DNA of 62,926 nucleotides, filler included. It is 7 parts of 7 records of this genome, joined end to end, with 100 filler letters (N's around TTAATTAATTAA, not from the genome) between each part and the next. Parts side by side here need not be neighbours in the genome. Positions count along the whole stretch, not along the records: positions 35,998 to 49,327 come from SRR20825010_2689; positions 49,428 to 54,656 come from SRR20825010_2693; 5 more parts are not named here. One strand, written 5' to 3'. Numbering within the stretch: position 1 is the first letter of the stretch; each line of letters starts with the position of its first letter. The notes below the pieces were generated by a model. It was not told where the DNA came from. It ran no database searches and worked only from the letters and a program-made list of their open reading frames with translations. This document shows positions 39,142-50,697 of this stretch, one piece after another. The position numbers and the translations under genes are program-made.

Positions 39142-41109
39142 CTAGAACGTCAGGCCAAGCGCCGCATTCTCCGCCCGCCCCTTGGAGCCGGCGAAGCTGT
39201 GCAACCCGGCATCGAGATCGTGCCGCGTGCCTTCCATGACCAGTGACATGATGCGGCCGCGCTCCTCGAACAGCAGTCCGAGTTCCTGCAGATAGGCGAG
39301 GCTGTCCGCATTGCTCTCCCGGATTTTGCCGATGGCCTGTGGTGTTTCCAGCGCACGCAACAGCGCGACATCCGGCTCGTCCAGCTCATGCTCAACCTTG
39401 TGCCCTGTCCGCTGATCCTCGACCAACCAGCCGTAATCGTCCTGAACCAGCCGGAGACGCGGCGCACCGGCGGCAGATTCCCAGCGGGTACGCCAGCGCG
39501 CCACACCCTCGCGCAGATGCGCCAGATGTTCCGCGAGGTCGACCTGATAGGGCGCGTCGATATTCCGGTCTCGGAAATAGTAGGCCATGTTCCAGACCAC
39601 ATCCTCTTCGAACGGATAGTTCAGCTCGTGATAGTCCAGCGGCTCCAGATCCAGCGCGAAGCTGTCTGCCTGGGTGAAATACGGGCTGAACCGGTCAAAC
39701 CGGACCGGAAAGACGCCGGAAGGCGGCGGCAAATGGGTCAGCCGCGGCAAGTTCTCCCGATACATCTCGAAGGTCTCGGCAGACTCCCCAGGAAAGCCGA
39801 CCAGAAGATTCCAGACCGGCTTCACCCCGGCAGCCGCACAATCCGACAGGAAGCGGATATTGTTGAAGGCCGTCGTGCCCTTGCGCATCAGCTTCAGAGT
39901 CTCGGTCGCGATGGATTCCACCCCCGGCTGCACCTCGACCACCCGCGCTTTGGCCAGCGTGTCGAGCTGCTCGCGGGAAAGGTCCGCCTTCACCTCGTAG
40001 AACAGGGTGACATGGTCCGGCACCTTCAGGTCCGGCAACAGCTGCTCGGTGTAGGATTTCGGGATGATGTTATCGACGCTGGCGAACCGGGTAACACGGT
40101 CCGAATATTTATCGACCATTTCCTGAATGGTCTTGCGGGCCAGCTCGACCCCCATCTCGCGGAATTTCATCGTCGCACCGTTGAGGCCGCAGAAGGTGCA
40201 GTGTGCCTTCTCCCCCCACCAGCAGCCGCGCGATGTCTCGAACAGAAGCTCCACCTCGTCCTTGCGGTGATCGCCGAAATGACGCTCGTAGGACTCCAGA
40301 TAGACCTCGTAATCCAGCGGCACGTCGCTGTTGAGCGAACGCTCCGGGCCGTTGACGGCAACCCCGTCGAGTTGATCCTCCGCCCGTGCATCGCTTGGCC
40401 GCTTCGGCCTCACCGCCGGGTCCATCGCCGTAATCGACCGGCTGTTCGATTTGCTGAAAATACCGTCCAGCTTCGACATGGAGGCCGTATCGCCATCCTC
40501 CGCCGCCTTCAGGAACTTCGGGAAATTGACCAGCGCATGCCCCGAAAACACGTAATCGATCCAGGGCACGTTATTCACGATCTCGATACCCATGGTGCCT
40601 TCGCAATTCGCGCCGCCCATGATCACGATCGCCTTTGAGCCGATCTCCTTCAGGCGGCGCGCCAGTGCGAAACTCGGCATGTTCTGGAAGAACATCGAGG
40701 TCACGCCGACAATATCCGCGTCCGCCAGCCCGTGCTGCTCGATCATCCGGTCGATGATGCCTGGCAGATCCGCCCGGACCGGGGCAAGTTCCCGGTGATA
40801 GCGCTCAACCTGCGCTTCGCCGAAATGGTGCAGATAGCGGGCGAAATAGGCTTCGGTATTGTCGCCATGCTCCGGAAAAGCGGCATGGCGGAACAGCCAT
40901 TCGCCAAATCCGCAGGTGTGCCCGGCGAGGCTTTCCGAGATCCATGCATAAAGATCCGGGCCGACCAGCCCGCCGAAATCATGGTTCAGATAGTGAATGC
41001 TGGTTTCCGCCCCGGCGCATTTTTCCGCGATGATGGTTTCCAGCTGATGCAGAGCGATCGACGGGATCTGCAGCGACGAAAAAGGCATGTTCACGAGCGC
41101 GATACGCAT
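39142..41109 (-). CDS. Cobalamin-dependent (class B) radical SAM C-methyltransferase of the RiPP-maturation (PoyB/PoyC-like) type
   Basis: 'MRIALVNMPF...PSIAL', B12-binding-like region 'IVGVTSMFFQN...MGGANC', Cx7Cx2C motif 'SRGCWWGEKAHCTFCGLNG', 'VQPGVES', 'RFDRFSPYF'. Confidence 0.88.
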   Translation of the reverse strand: MRIALVNMPFSSLQIPSIALHQLETIIAEKCAGAETSIHYLNHDFGGLVGPDLYAWISESLAGHTCGFGEWLFRHAAFPEHGDNTEAYFARYLHHFGEAQVERYHRELAPVRADLPGIIDRMIEQHGLADADIVGVTSMFFQNMPSFALARRLKEIGSKAIVIMGGANCEGTMGIEIVNNVPWIDYVFSGHALVNFPKFLKAAEDGDTASMSKLDGIFSKSNSRSITAMDPAVRPKRPSDARAEDQLDGVAVNGPERSLNSDVPLDYEVYLESYERHFGDHRKDEVELLFETSRGCWWGEKAHCTFCGLNGATMKFREMGVELARKTIQEMVDKYSDRVTRFASVDNIIPKSYTEQLLPDLKVPDHVTLFYEVKADLSREQLDTLAKARVVEVQPGVESIATETLKLMRKGTTAFNNIRFLSDCAAAGVKPVWNLLVGFPGESAETFEMYRENLPRLTHLPPPSGVFPVRFDRFSPYFTQADSFALDLEPLDYHELNYPFEEDVVWNMAYYFRDRNIDAPYQVDLAEHLAHLREGVARWRTRWESAAGAPRLRLVQDDYGWLVEDQRTGHKVEHELDEPDVALLRALETPQAIGKIRESNADSLAYLQELGLLFEERGRIMSLVMEGTRHDLDAGLHSFAGSKGRAENAALGLTF

Positions 41110-41130
41110 GAAGCGATCTCCTCTGCGCGG

Positions 41131-42126
41131 CTATTCTGCCGCTCCGGCAATGTCAGTCAGTTCCGAGTTCATCCGCCCCATACTGACGAGAACCCGGCGC
41201 GAACCGGTGAAGGGGCGCCTCGCATGCGAGGCCAGCATGTTATCGACGATCATCACGTCGCCCGCCTGCCAGTCAAACTGGCGGGCCTCCGCCTGGAACG
41301 CATCGCGCACCCGGCTGAGAATTTCCAGCTCAATCGGCGCGCCGTCTCCGTAACGCGCGTCGCGCGGCAGGCTGTCCTCGCCGAAAATATCGATCAGGTC
41401 TTCCAGAACATCTTCACCGAGAGCCGACGGGTGAAAGAGCTGCGCCTGGTTGAACCAGAGCCGCTCCCCCGTAACCGGATGACGCGCCGTTCCCTGACAG
41501 GTCTGCGCGGTACGGAGATGCCCCTCCGGCGTCCATTCGAAGTCGATATCGTTGGCCCGGCAAAATGCCTCGACCTCGCCCCGGTCTTCTGTCTGGAACA
41601 CCGTTTTCCAGTCGAGGTCGAAGCCTTCGTGATAATTCCGGACATAGCGCACGCCGCGGCGCTCGACCTCGTCCAGAACCTCGTCACCGAGGGCACGGGT
41701 CACCGCACGAACGTCCGCGACCGGGGTCTGCCCGCCAGTCTCCGAGGGTTTGATACAGCAGAATACCAGCCGCAGCGGCCAGTCCCGCTGATAGGCATTC
41801 TCGCAATGCATCAGGATCTCTTCCGTCGCCGGATATTCGGTCGCCGTCATGATGCCTTCGAGCACTTCGGTGCGCGGGGTCGAGCGATAGACATAATGCG
41901 CCGGCCGCCCCACCAGCAGATCCCGGACAGCGGGGAAATCCGCTTCCGCCGAAATGCCAATACCGCGCAAGACGACAACGGGGTGTTCCCGCGCCAGCGT
42001 CTCGATCGCGGGCAGGTTATCGGACACCCATGCTGGCGCGTTGCCGCTCTCGCCGTTCGGCTCCACGATGACAGCGAAATCCTCGCCGTCAAACAGCCGC
42101 CGGACGGATCCTTCGATCTCAGCCAT
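41131..42126 (-). CDS. TauD/TfdA family Fe(II)/2-oxoglutarate dioxygenase (SyrP-like)
   Basis: 'YVYRSTPRT', 'TEYP', HxE motif 'HCENAY', 'GGQTP', 'WFNQAQLFH', '[12 protein letters not shown]'. Confidence 0.92.
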   Translation of the reverse strand: MAEIEGSVRRLFDGEDFAVIVEPNGESGNAPAWVSDNLPAIETLAREHPVVVLRGIGISAEADFPAVRDLLVGRPAHYVYRSTPRTEVLEGIMTATEYPATEEILMHCENAYQRDWPLRLVFCCIKPSETGGQTPVADVRAVTRALGDEVLDEVERRGVRYVRNYHEGFDLDWKTVFQTEDRGEVEAFCRANDIDFEWTPEGHLRTAQTCQGTARHPVTGERLWFNQAQLFHPSALGEDVLEDLIDIFGEDSLPRDARYGDGAPIELEILSRVRDAFQAEARQFDWQAGDVMIVDNMLASHARRPFTGSRRVLVSMGRMNSELTDIAGAAE

Positions 42127-45100
42127 GCCCCTTGCTCCCCTGTTCGTGCCAAAGTCGTTCTATCAGTTGTGCCAATGCCGCGAGATTGCCTTCCCGCAAC
42201 ACAGTCTGATGCGTCCCCGCGACCGTTTCGACGGCCACCTGGTTAAATATTGACGACCAGCCCAGCGCATCATCCATCGTGCCCCGTTCGGTGTCCGCAG
42301 CCCGGATCAGGGCCGCCGTACCGGCGGTGGATGCAAAGCGATGCGCCCCGGCGATGCGAACATTCTCGCGCGCCCGGGTGACAGTTGCCTCATCCGCACC
42401 AGCTTCGGCGGCGGCAGCGGCTATATCAGCCGCGTCGATCTCCGCCCGGTCGGCCTCATGCCCCGGTGCGGCGGCATCGATCAGCACCAGCCTCACATCC
42501 CGGCCTCTCTCACGCAACCTTTCCGCAATAGCCGCCGCAAGCACGGCGCCGAGCGACCAGCCCGCCAGGTAAACAGGCTCCGTGCTGCCGGCCGCTCCGG
42601 CGAGAGCCGTCACATAGGCATCCGCCTGCTCCGCCAAGGTATCGAACCCGCCCCCCTGTTCAACCGCGACAAGGCGGCGGTCCTGTTGCCATTCACCGGC
42701 AATCCGGCTGTAGACCTGGCCCGAGCCATCGACCGGGTGGATCAGAAATCCAGCCGGTTTCGCCCCTTCGCGGAGTGCCCGGAGCATGCATTTCTCGCCC
42801 GGCCCCGTCCCGGCTTCGACAAGGCGGGCCAGTCCCGCCGCCGTCGGGTTTGCGAAGACCTGCGGCAAAGGCAGACGGCGGCCAAGCTGCTCCCCCAGCC
42901 GGGCTGCCAGGCGCACCGCGAGAAGCGAATGACCGCCGAGGGTGAAGAAATTCTGCTCCCGTCCGGGGCGGGCAGGCAGCGAAAGAACATCGCGGAAAAT
43001 ATCGAGGATCCGTGCTTCCAATTCCGTCCGGGGCGCGCTTCCGGTCTCACCGATCCCGGCCTTCGGCAAGCTCAACCTGTTTCTGTCGATCTTGCCGGTC
43101 GCCGTCATCGGCATGGTATCGAGCACGGTGAGGTAAGCGGGCAGCATTGTTTCTGGCAATCGCCGGGTCAAAACCTCCCGCACCGATCCCGCCTGATTAG
43201 TGGCCGGACCGGTGATCCAGGCAGCCAGCGCCGGGCGGCCATCCGCGTCGGGCGCCGTGATCACGGCCGCCTGCTCCACCCCCGGCACAGCGCGCAGCGC
43301 ATGCTCGACCTCATCAAGCTCGATACGTACGCCCCGGACTTTCACCTGCCGGTCATCCCGGCCGACAAACTGGATACGGCCATCGCTTTTGACCCGGCCG
43401 AAATCTCCGGTGCGGTAGCGGCGTCCGTTAGTCAGGTCCGTGACAAAGTGCTCGGCAGATTGTTCGGGGTTCCCGATGTAACCAAGCCCGACGCCAAGAC
43501 CGCCGATCAGGATTTCACCGACCGCACCCGGTATTGCAGGCTGGCCGTATTTGTCCGCAATCGTTACCGAAAGACCGGCAATCGGCGTGCCGATATCAGG
43601 CGTGCGGCCCGCTTCACAGAGGCCATGCGTGGCGCAGATTGTCGTCTCGCAGGGACCATAGGCATTGAACAGGCGGCGCCCAGGTGCCCAGAGATTGGCA
43701 AGCGACGCGGGCAAAGGCTCACCCGCCGCGACCACCGTCTTCAGGCTCGGGAAGCCTGCGGAGCCAAGTGCCGACAGTGCCGACGGTGTGATGGTCGCAT
43801 GGCTGATACGGCGGTCGCGCAGGGTTGCCTCAAGGGGCGGTCCCGCTTGCAGATCCTCCCGGTCCGCGAGCACGAGCGTGCCGCCGGAGCCCAGCGTCGT
43901 GAACACTTCCCAGACCCAGGCATCGAATGCCGGTGCCGCCAGTTGCAGCACCCGGCTGCCCGGTTGAATGGAAAGATCCCGGCCAATGGTCCGGGTCAAA
44001 CTGGCAAGCCCTTCCCGGCCAAGCAGCGCCGCTTTTGGCCTGCCCGTGGAGCCGCTGGTGAACTGGACATAGGCGCCGTCACTTCCCTCCGGCACCGTTC
44101 CCAGAATATCCCGCATACGGGCCTGCCGTGCTTCCGGCAGAGCTGGATCGATCAGGGCCAGAATGCGCCCCGTGCGCAGTGCCGCCAGAGCGTCAATTAC
44201 CCGGCGCACCGGATCATCCGTCGCAATGATCGCCACCGGACCGCCTTCATCGCAGCGCGCCTGCTCCGCCAGCGCGCCGTAGGTGATTACGTCACCGCCG
44301 TACTCGAGTGCGGGCAAGGCTGCATGTTTCGCTAACGCGTCTTCAAGCAATACCGCCAGATCCGGAAGCGGCTCCGGTGCCGGGCCTTCCAGAATGGAGC
44401 GATGACGGTCCTCTGTCGCCACCGCCGCAAGGGCGCCGACCGGCTGCTCCAGTCCCTCGACCAACCCTTCGAACAACAGAACGAAAGAACGGCTCCACGC
44501 GGCCACCGTCTCTTCATCCAGCAGCGTGCTGTCATAAATGAAGCCGCCGACGATAGCACCACCGGCCTCTTTCGAGAGGCTGGCCGCAATGTCGAACGGC
44601 GCCGTTGCCACTGGCAGCGGGAAAAGCTCCACCGGCAGACCGTCGCCGGTCGCCGCCTCGCGCCAGTCCAGCACACTGTGTAGCAGCGGTGTCCGCCCCT
44701 GATGACGCTCCGGTTTCACCGCTTCGACAATATGGGAGAGCGGCAGGCCCCCATGGCTCAGAAGCTCAGCCATGCCCTCCCGCACCTGACCCAGCAGGCG
44801 TGTACCCGTTTCCCTTCCGTCAAAGCCAAGCCGCAGGGGAAGTGTGTTCAGGAACAATCCCGCCACCTGCTCGAACCCCTCGGGCCGGTCACTGACAGGG
44901 ATGCCGAGCACAAGATCGTCGCCCCCCGTCAGCCGGTGCAGGAAAAGCGCATAGGCCGCGACAAGCATGCCCTGCAACGTCCCGCCTTCGGACCGGGCGA
45001 TCTTTTCCGCCCGCGCAGTCAGCTCCTTGCCGATCCGCAATGTCACCGAGGCGCCGTCCGGCTGATGATCAAGCCGTCGCGGCCGGTCCGACGGCAGGTC

Positions 45101-48100
45101 GAGCGGTCCAGGCGCCGCGGCGAGTTTCCGGACCCAGAATGCCGTTTCGGCCTGTCCGGTCTCGGCAACCCGCTCATGGCGCCATTTCGCGTAGGCGCGA
45201 TAGTCCGCCTTCGACTCCGACCCTGGTGCGTTGCCGGTCAGAAACGCCAGCAGGTCGCCCAGCAGCATACCTAACGTGGTTCCATCGGAGACGATGTGAT
45301 GCAGCGACAGGGCCAGCACACCGGCACCTGATGCACCGGAAACATATGTCAGACGCGCGATCTCGCCGGCCTCGATATCGAAAATCCGTTCCGCATCCGC
45401 CCGTGCGGCACTCCGAACGGCGGCATCGAAATCGCTCCCCCCGTCCACAGTCCGGATCGTCGGCCGCGCTGTGGTTTCAACACGCAGCTCCGGCCCCGCT
45501 CCCCTGTCCGGATAGGCTGAGCGCAGCACCGGATGCCGTTCAGCAAGTCGGGCGAAGGCAGCGGCAAGAGCCGCTTTCGGTTCGTCCAGGGAAAGCCGGA
45601 TGGCGGCCTGCATGACATAGGCGCTCGCCTCGCCACCAAGCTGATGGTCGAGCCAGAGCTGGGCCTCACCGGGCGACACCACCGGCGCCTCACCCTCCGG
45701 CAAGCGGAGAGGCGGGCCACTGTCTTCAGTACATGCGCCCGTTCCGGAAAGCAAATCCGCCATGCCTCGGGCAGTGCGTCCGCGATGCACGATATCGTTC
45801 GGAACGTCGATCCCGAGGGACCTTTTCAGCCGGGCAACGATCCTGATCGCCGCAAGCGACGTGCCCCCCGCCGTGAAGAAATCCATCCCGGTATCGAGTT
45901 CCGGCTGTTTCAGCACGGTGCGCAAAACCTCAAGCACATCCTGCAAGTGCGCGGGCGCGGCCTCAGAGCCGTCAGCCGCATCGCCGAACAGTTTGAGTGC
46001 CAATGCCGAGGGCGTCGGTGCAGCTGCCAGATCCGCGAAGGCAAGCCCGACACCGAATGCCCGCTTCAGCCTGGCGATAAGCCGGATCGCGGCAAGCGAG
46101 GTTCCGCCAGCGGCGAAAAAGTCCGTCTCCGCATCCGCGCTTTCGGATTTCAGGACCGTGCGCCAGATATCCAGCAGAGCGTCCAGTTTTTCCGGATCCA
46201 CCTGCCCGTACGCGACCTGGTGCTGTGATTTTTCGGCAGGTGTTTCCACCTCCATCAAGGCAAGCGCGCGGCGGTCGATCTTGCCGCTCCGGGTCAGCGG
46301 CAGGCTGTCCAGCCTATGGAGCTGGTCCGGCACCATGTGGCCCGGCAGCAATCCGGCAACAGCCTTTTTGCAAACAGCGCCGTCTGTCGTTCCCGTGATA
46401 AAACCGATCAGCCGCTTGTCGCTTCCGTCCCCTACCGCGACCACGGCAGCACCCTGCACGCCGTCAACGGAACGCAATGCGGCTTCCGCCTCACCCGGCT
46501 CGATACGGAAGCCCCGCACTTTCACCTGATCGTCGGAGCGGCCGAGATATTCGAGCGTCCCATCCTCGCGCCAGCGGACAAGGTCTCCGGTCCGGTACAT
46601 CCGCGCGCCGGGCGCGGCCGCATAAGGATCCGCAAGGAAACGCTCCGCTGTCAGTCCCGGGCGCCGCCAATACCCCCAGCTTACCCCGGTACCGCCGATA
46701 TAAAGCTCCCCTGACATGCCTTCGGGCACCGGATTGAGCGCGCGGTCCAGCACATAGGTTCGGGTGTTCCAGATCGCCTTGCCGATCGGCTCCGCCGTCC
46801 CCGGCCGGCCATCCGCCTCATGGAAAGTACAGCCGACGACCGTTTCGGTCGGACCATACTCATTGATCAGGCGCAGCTTCGGCGCATGCTCCCGCCAGAC
46901 CGCCGTCGAGGCCGTCGACAGCGCCTCCCCACCGATCACGAACATGCGGGCGCCGGAGGCCTGCGCCGCCACCGGTTTCAGGTCCGCCAGCAGATCAAGA
47001 TGGGCCGGGGTCATTTTCACGAAACCAAAATCGGCCCCCGCCGCCAGCTTTTCGGCAAGAGCCTCGACCGCACCTTCTTCCGGCATCAGATGGACCGGCT
47101 TTCCGGCGAAAAGCGGCAACCAGAAAGACAGCACCGTCGCATCGAAGGCCGTTGCGGTAACCACAGCCGTGCCGTTGCCATCTACGATCTCAAACGCATC
47201 GCGGGCCCAGGAGAGATAATTCATGACGCCACGATGGGGCACCATGACGCCCTTCGGCCGCCCGGTGGAGCCCGAGGTGTAGATCATGTAGGCAAGATCG
47301 TCTGGCCGTGACGCATACTCTGCCCTGGCGTTGCCGCCGCCACTGATTTTGCTGCACGCGGCGCCGCGTGCTTCGAACAATGCGATGTCTGGCTGTGCGA
47401 CCGCCTCGGCGAGCTGCCGGGAGGCCGGCGCAAAGAGTATCGCCGAGGGTGCCGCATCCTCGACAATCTCCCGCAGCCGCCGTTCAGGCAAGCCGGTCTC
47501 GACCGGCACATAGGCCGCCGCGGCCCGCAGACTGCCGAGCATCGCCACCGGCAATCCGATTGAGCGCGGCAGCAGGATCAACACCCGGTCACCGCGCCCG
47601 ATCCCGGCAGCGGCAAGCTGCCCGGCCAGTGCCGAGGCAGCGCTGGTGAGCTCGGAGAATGTAAGGCTGCCATCGGATGCACTGACCGCCAGCGCGTCCG
47701 GAGCTTTGGCCGTTGCCGCAAAGACCGCCGCGTCAACCGTTTCCTCCGGGACCGGCACGACCGGTCCGGTGCCGAGAAGGTTCAGCGCCTCTGTCTCGCC
47801 CCCCTTAAGCAAGGCAAAGTCAGACAGCGCCTGGTCATTCCCGGTGCACAACCACTCCAGCGCCCGGCGGAATCGGTCCGGCATGGCGCGGGCAACCGCA
47901 TCCGGCAAGACGCCGATTGCATAATCGAACCCGGCACGGATGCCGTCCCCGTCCCGCACCATGGACATCATCAGGTCGAACTTGGCCGTGCCCCTGTCGC
48001 ACTCGAGAATGTCGAGTGTCAGTCCGGGCAGGTCAGGCGGGGCAATCCCCGCATCGTCGAAATTGAAGAAACAGCGCACCGCCGGAAGCTCTTCGCTCCG

Positions 48101-49150
48101 ACTCTCGGCGAGGCCGCGCATGATCTGCTCGAACGGAATATCCCGGGCATCCAGCGCGTCCATCACCGCATGCCTGAGCGCGCCGAGATAGTCCGCGCGG
48201 CTATTGGCCGGAGAAAGGTCAGCCAGAACCGTCACCGTATTCACGAAACAACCGGCCGTGCCGTGCAGCTCGCTCCGGTCCCGAAGCGCGACGGGGGTGC
48301 CAAGGGCAAGACGGTCACGATCCGCCAGACGGCCGATCACGAGAGCATAAGCCCCCGCCAGCAGGGCATAGAGACTGACCCCGGCCACCCGCGCCGCCTC
48401 TTCCGCCCGGGCCACCGTCGGGCCATCGAGCATGAAGGGCACCATCTCGGCACCGTTATCGCCCTCCCCCTCAGGCTGCAGTCCCGGGCGGGACGGCAGA
48501 CCAAGGCCATCCCCGACAGCCGCCAGCCGTCCGATGGCGGCATTTCGCAGAGCTTCCGCCTCCGGCTTTTCAAGCTGCTCCTGCTGCCAGGCGCCCCAGT
48601 CCGCGTATTGCAGATCCGGTTCCGGCAAGTCCGGAGCACGGCTGGCGCTGTAGGCCGCGTAGGCTTCGGCCAACTCGTCCAGCAGCAATCGGATAGTCCA
48701 GCCATCGACCGCAATATGATGGAACACCAGCACCAGCGCCCCCGCATCCTGCCCGGCGGAGATCAGGACGGGATACAGCGGCAAATCGGTTTTCAGATTG
48801 AAGATATGTCCGGAAACAGCACGCGCGGCCTCCTCCAACCCGGACGCATCCGTAACAGAAGAAAGCGTCAGCAGGTCCGGCGCCGTCTCGGTAATCGCCT
48901 GCACCGGTCCGTCTGGCTCATCGCGATAAACCGTGCGCAGCACTTCATGCCGGTCGACCAGCCAGCGCAAGGCCGCGCGCAAGGCGCCGACATCCACCCG
49001 GCCCGTAAAGCGGAATGCCACAGGGACATTGTACCGGGTGCTCTCCGGCGCCATCCATTGCTCGGCCAGAATGCCCAGCTGCATGGTCGAAAGCGGCAGA
49101 TCCGGTTCAAGAACGAAATCCAGCCTGTCTCCTAGGCCGTCCGGGCTCAT
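42119..49150 (-). CDS. Terminal non-ribosomal peptide synthetase, C-A-T-T-C-A-T-TE
   Basis: HHIAVDG and HHIVSDG (C domains); two TSGSTGRPK and YGP[T/C]E (A domains); GGTSL twice and GGHSL (carriers); GWSLG (TE). Confidence 0.96.
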   Translation of the reverse strand: MSPDGLGDRLDFVLEPDLPLSTMQLGILAEQWMAPESTRYNVPVAFRFTGRVDVGALRAALRWLVDRHEVLRTVYRDEPDGPVQAITETAPDLLTLSSVTDASGLEEAARAVSGHIFNLKTDLPLYPVLISAGQDAGALVLVFHHIAVDGWTIRLLLDELAEAYAAYSASRAPDLPEPDLQYADWGAWQQEQLEKPEAEALRNAAIGRLAAVGDGLGLPSRPGLQPEGEGDNGAEMVPFMLDGPTVARAEEAARVAGVSLYALLAGAYALVIGRLADRDRLALGTPVALRDRSELHGTAGCFVNTVTVLADLSPANSRADYLGALRHAVMDALDARDIPFEQIMRGLAESRSEELPAVRCFFNFDDAGIAPPDLPGLTLDILECDRGTAKFDLMMSMVRDGDGIRAGFDYAIGVLPDAVARAMPDRFRRALEWLCTGNDQALSDFALLKGGETEALNLLGTGPVVPVPEETVDAAVFAATAKAPDALAVSASDGSLTFSELTSAASALAGQLAAAGIGRGDRVLILLPRSIGLPVAMLGSLRAAAAYVPVETGLPERRLREIVEDAAPSAILFAPASRQLAEAVAQPDIALFEARGAACSKISGGGNARAEYASRPDDLAYMIYTSGSTGRPKGVMVPHRGVMNYLSWARDAFEIVDGNGTAVVTATAFDATVLSFWLPLFAGKPVHLMPEEGAVEALAEKLAAGADFGFVKMTPAHLDLLADLKPVAAQASGARMFVIGGEALSTASTAVWREHAPKLRLINEYGPTETVVGCTFHEADGRPGTAEPIGKAIWNTRTYVLDRALNPVPEGMSGELYIGGTGVSWGYWRRPGLTAERFLADPYAAAPGARMYRTGDLVRWREDGTLEYLGRSDDQVKVRGFRIEPGEAEAALRSVDGVQGAAVVAVGDGSDKRLIGFITGTTDGAVCKKAVAGLLPGHMVPDQLHRLDSLPLTRSGKIDRRALALMEVETPAEKSQHQVAYGQVDPEKLDALLDIWRTVLKSESADAETDFFAAGGTSLAAIRLIARLKRAFGVGLAFADLAAAPTPSALALKLFGDAADGSEAAPAHLQDVLEVLRTVLKQPELDTGMDFFTAGGTSLAAIRIVARLKRSLGIDVPNDIVHRGRTARGMADLLSGTGACTEDSGPPLRLPEGEAPVVSPGEAQLWLDHQLGGEASAYVMQAAIRLSLDEPKAALAAAFARLAERHPVLRSAYPDRGAGPELRVETTARPTIRTVDGGSDFDAAVRSAARADAERIFDIEAGEIARLTYVSGASGAGVLALSLHHIVSDGTTLGMLLGDLLAFLTGNAPGSESKADYRAYAKWRHERVAETGQAETAFWVRKLAAAPGPLDLPSDRPRRLDHQPDGASVTLRIGKELTARAEKIARSEGGTLQGMLVAAYALFLHRLTGGDDLVLGIPVSDRPEGFEQVAGLFLNTLPLRLGFDGRETGTRLLGQVREGMAELLSHGGLPLSHIVEAVKPERHQGRTPLLHSVLDWREAATGDGLPVELFPLPVATAPFDIAASLSKEAGGAIVGGFIYDSTLLDEETVAAWSRSFVLLFEGLVEGLEQPVGALAAVATEDRHRSILEGPAPEPLPDLAVLLEDALAKHAALPALEYGGDVITYGALAEQARCDEGGPVAIIATDDPVRRVIDALAALRTGRILALIDPALPEARQARMRDILGTVPEGSDGAYVQFTSGSTGRPKAALLGREGLASLTRTIGRDLSIQPGSRVLQLAAPAFDAWVWEVFTTLGSGGTLVLADREDLQAGPPLEATLRDRRISHATITPSALSALGSAGFPSLKTVVAAGEPLPASLANLWAPGRRLFNAYGPCETTICATHGLCEAGRTPDIGTPIAGLSVTIADKYGQPAIPGAVGEILIGGLGVGLGYIGNPEQSAEHFVTDLTNGRRYRTGDFGRVKSDGRIQFVGRDDRQVKVRGVRIELDEVEHALRAVPGVEQAAVITAPDADGRPALAAWITGPATNQAGSVREVLTRRLPETMLPAYLTVLDTMPMTATGKIDRNRLSLPKAGIGETGSAPRTELEARILDIFRDVLSLPARPGREQNFFTLGGHSLLAVRLAARLGEQLGRRLPLPQVFANPTAAGLARLVEAGTGPGEKCMLRALREGAKPAGFLIHPVDGSGQVYSRIAGEWQQDRRLVAVEQGGGFDTLAEQADAYVTALAGAAGSTEPVYLAGWSLGAVLAAAIAERLRERGRDVRLVLIDAAAPGHEADRAEIDAADIAAAAAEAGADEATVTRARENVRIAGAHRFASTAGTAALIRAADTERGTMDDALGWSSIFNQVAVETVAGTHQTVLREGNLAALAQLIERLWHEQGSKGHG

Positions 49151-49326
49151 GTCAGCTCCAAACCTCTTTTACCGGAGCGTCTGGCCCGGCGGGTAATTGG
49201 CCCGTCGGACGCCGCCCCGTGGCTGTCCCCCGTCTCCGGGCGTAATGCATCCACGGCACGTGCCATGGCTGCCAGATTGGCCTGCTCAAACACGGCTCTG
49301 AGCGGCAGCGTGACACCGAAGCGCTG
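49147..49326 (-). CDS. Upstream NRPS/PKS gene, C-terminal carrier-protein fragment
   Basis: Manual translation [29 protein letters not shown]...GLELT*. ATGA overlap with the NRPS start. Confidence 0.85.
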   Translation of the reverse strand, partial: QRFGVTLPLRAVFEQANLAAMARAVDALRPETGDSHGAASDGPITRRARRSGKRGLELT

Positions 49327-49327
49327 C

Positions 49328-49427
49328 NNNNNNNNNNNNNNNNNNNNNNNNNNNNNNNNNNNNNNNNNNNNTTAATTAATTAANNNNNNNNNNNNNNNNN
49401 NNNNNNNNNNNNNNNNNNNNNNNNNNN
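49328..49427. other. Artificial contig spacer
   Basis: 44 N + TTAATTAATTAA + 44 N. Confidence 0.99.
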
Positions 49428-49428
49428 C

Positions 49429-50022
49429 CTGCGCGAGGTCGCCAATCCGTCCGAGCTTTTCCTCGGCGAACGCAACGCCAAGGCCCCGGGTGCTGCGGTG
49501 TTTGCCGGCATCGAGGGCACCAGGCCGGTGCTGGTCGAGGTCCAGGCGCTGGTTGCCCCCTCGAGCCTCGGCACGCCGCGCCGTGCGGTGATCGGCTGGG
49601 ACTCGTCCCGGCTGGCGATGATTCTTGCGGTGCTCGAGGCCCATTGCGGAGTGCGGCTCGGCAGCCATGATGTCTACCTCAACATCGCCGGCGGCTATCG
49701 CATCGCCGAACCCGCGGCCGACCTGGCCGTGGCCGCGGCACTGGTTTCCTCTCTCGCCGGGCTTGCCCTTCCCGCCGATTGCGTCTATTTCGGCGAAGTC
49801 AGCCTGTCGGGGGCCATCCGGCCGGTGGCGCAAACGGCTTTGAGGCTGAAGGAAGCCGAGAAACTGGGCTTCGCCAACGCGGTATTGCCATCAGGATCCG
49901 CCGACCTGCCATCCCGGTCGGGCGCGGGCCTGGCGCAGATGGAAGCACTGGCGGACCTGGTCGCGCGCATTGCCGGGTCCAAGGGTGCGGCTCTGACCGG
50001 AAGTGACGAGGACGAAAACTGA
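49429..50022 (+). CDS. radA: DNA repair protein RadA, 5' truncated
   Basis: 'EVANPSELFL', 'EGTRPVLVEVQAL', 'DVYLNIAGG', 'EPAADLAVA', 'GEVSLSG'. Confidence 0.96.
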   Translation: MREVANPSELFLGERNAKAPGAAVFAGIEGTRPVLVEVQALVAPSSLGTPRRAVIGWDSSRLAMILAVLEAHCGVRLGSHDVYLNIAGGYRIAEPAADLAVAAALVSSLAGLALPADCVYFGEVSLSGAIRPVAQTALRLKEAEKLGFANAVLPSGSADLPSRSGAGLAQMEALADLVARIAGSKGAALTGSDEDEN

Positions 50023-50084
50023 ATTCAGCCTATCGGGCGCCGCGGGCGGCACAGGTAGGCAGAGCCTGAACGGAACGCGATTTC

Positions 50085-50645
50085 ATGCCTATTACCCTTC
50101 TTGACGGCATCCTGCTTGGCATCACGCTGTTTTCCGCGGTGCTTGCCATGGTTCGCGGATTTTCGCGCGAGGTTCTGGCCGTCGCCTCATGGATCGCGGC
50201 CGCGGCCGCTGCCTATTTCCTCTATCCGCTGCTCACGCCGCTGGCGCTGAAATACACCTCGTCGGACAAGATCGCCATGATCGGCTCCGCCGCGGTGGTT
50301 TTCCTGATCGCGCTGATCCTGGTCTCCTACATCACCATGCGGATTGCCGATTTCATCATCGACAGCCGCATCGGCGCGCTCGACCGCACGCTCGGCTTCG
50401 TCTTTGGCGCAGCCCGCGGCGTGCTGCTGGTCGTCGTCGCCATGCTGTTCTTCAACTGGCTGGTGGCCACGCCGAAGCAGCCGGAATGGGTGGTGACGGC
50501 GAAATCCAAGCCGATGCTCGATTCGCTGGGCGCCAAACTGGTCAACATGCTTCCCGATGATGCCGATGCAACGATCCTCGAGCGCCTGCGCGGCGGCGGT
50601 TCGGAAGAACCGGGATCCGATGCGGCGCCCGCCACCAGCGGATGA
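50085..50645 (+). CDS. cvpA: Colicin V production protein CvpA
   Basis: 'RGFSREVL', 'DRTLGFVFGAARG'; radA-cvpA-purF order. Confidence 0.95.
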   Translation: MPITLLDGILLGITLFSAVLAMVRGFSREVLAVASWIAAAAAAYFLYPLLTPLALKYTSSDKIAMIGSAAVVFLIALILVSYITMRIADFIIDSRIGALDRTLGFVFGAARGVLLVVVAMLFFNWLVATPKQPEWVVTAKSKPMLDSLGAKLVNMLPDDADATILERLRGGGSEEPGSDAAPATSG

Positions 50646-50697
50646 TGATTTCCAGCCGGGATCAATCCGGCAGGTCTATATAAAGGGTTCGACGCCG

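Noticed and set aside
40732-44335. Long plus-strand ORFs (504 aa and 664 aa) opposite TauD and the NRPS
   Set aside because: Antisense shadows of GC-rich coding sequence, with no recognisable motifs.
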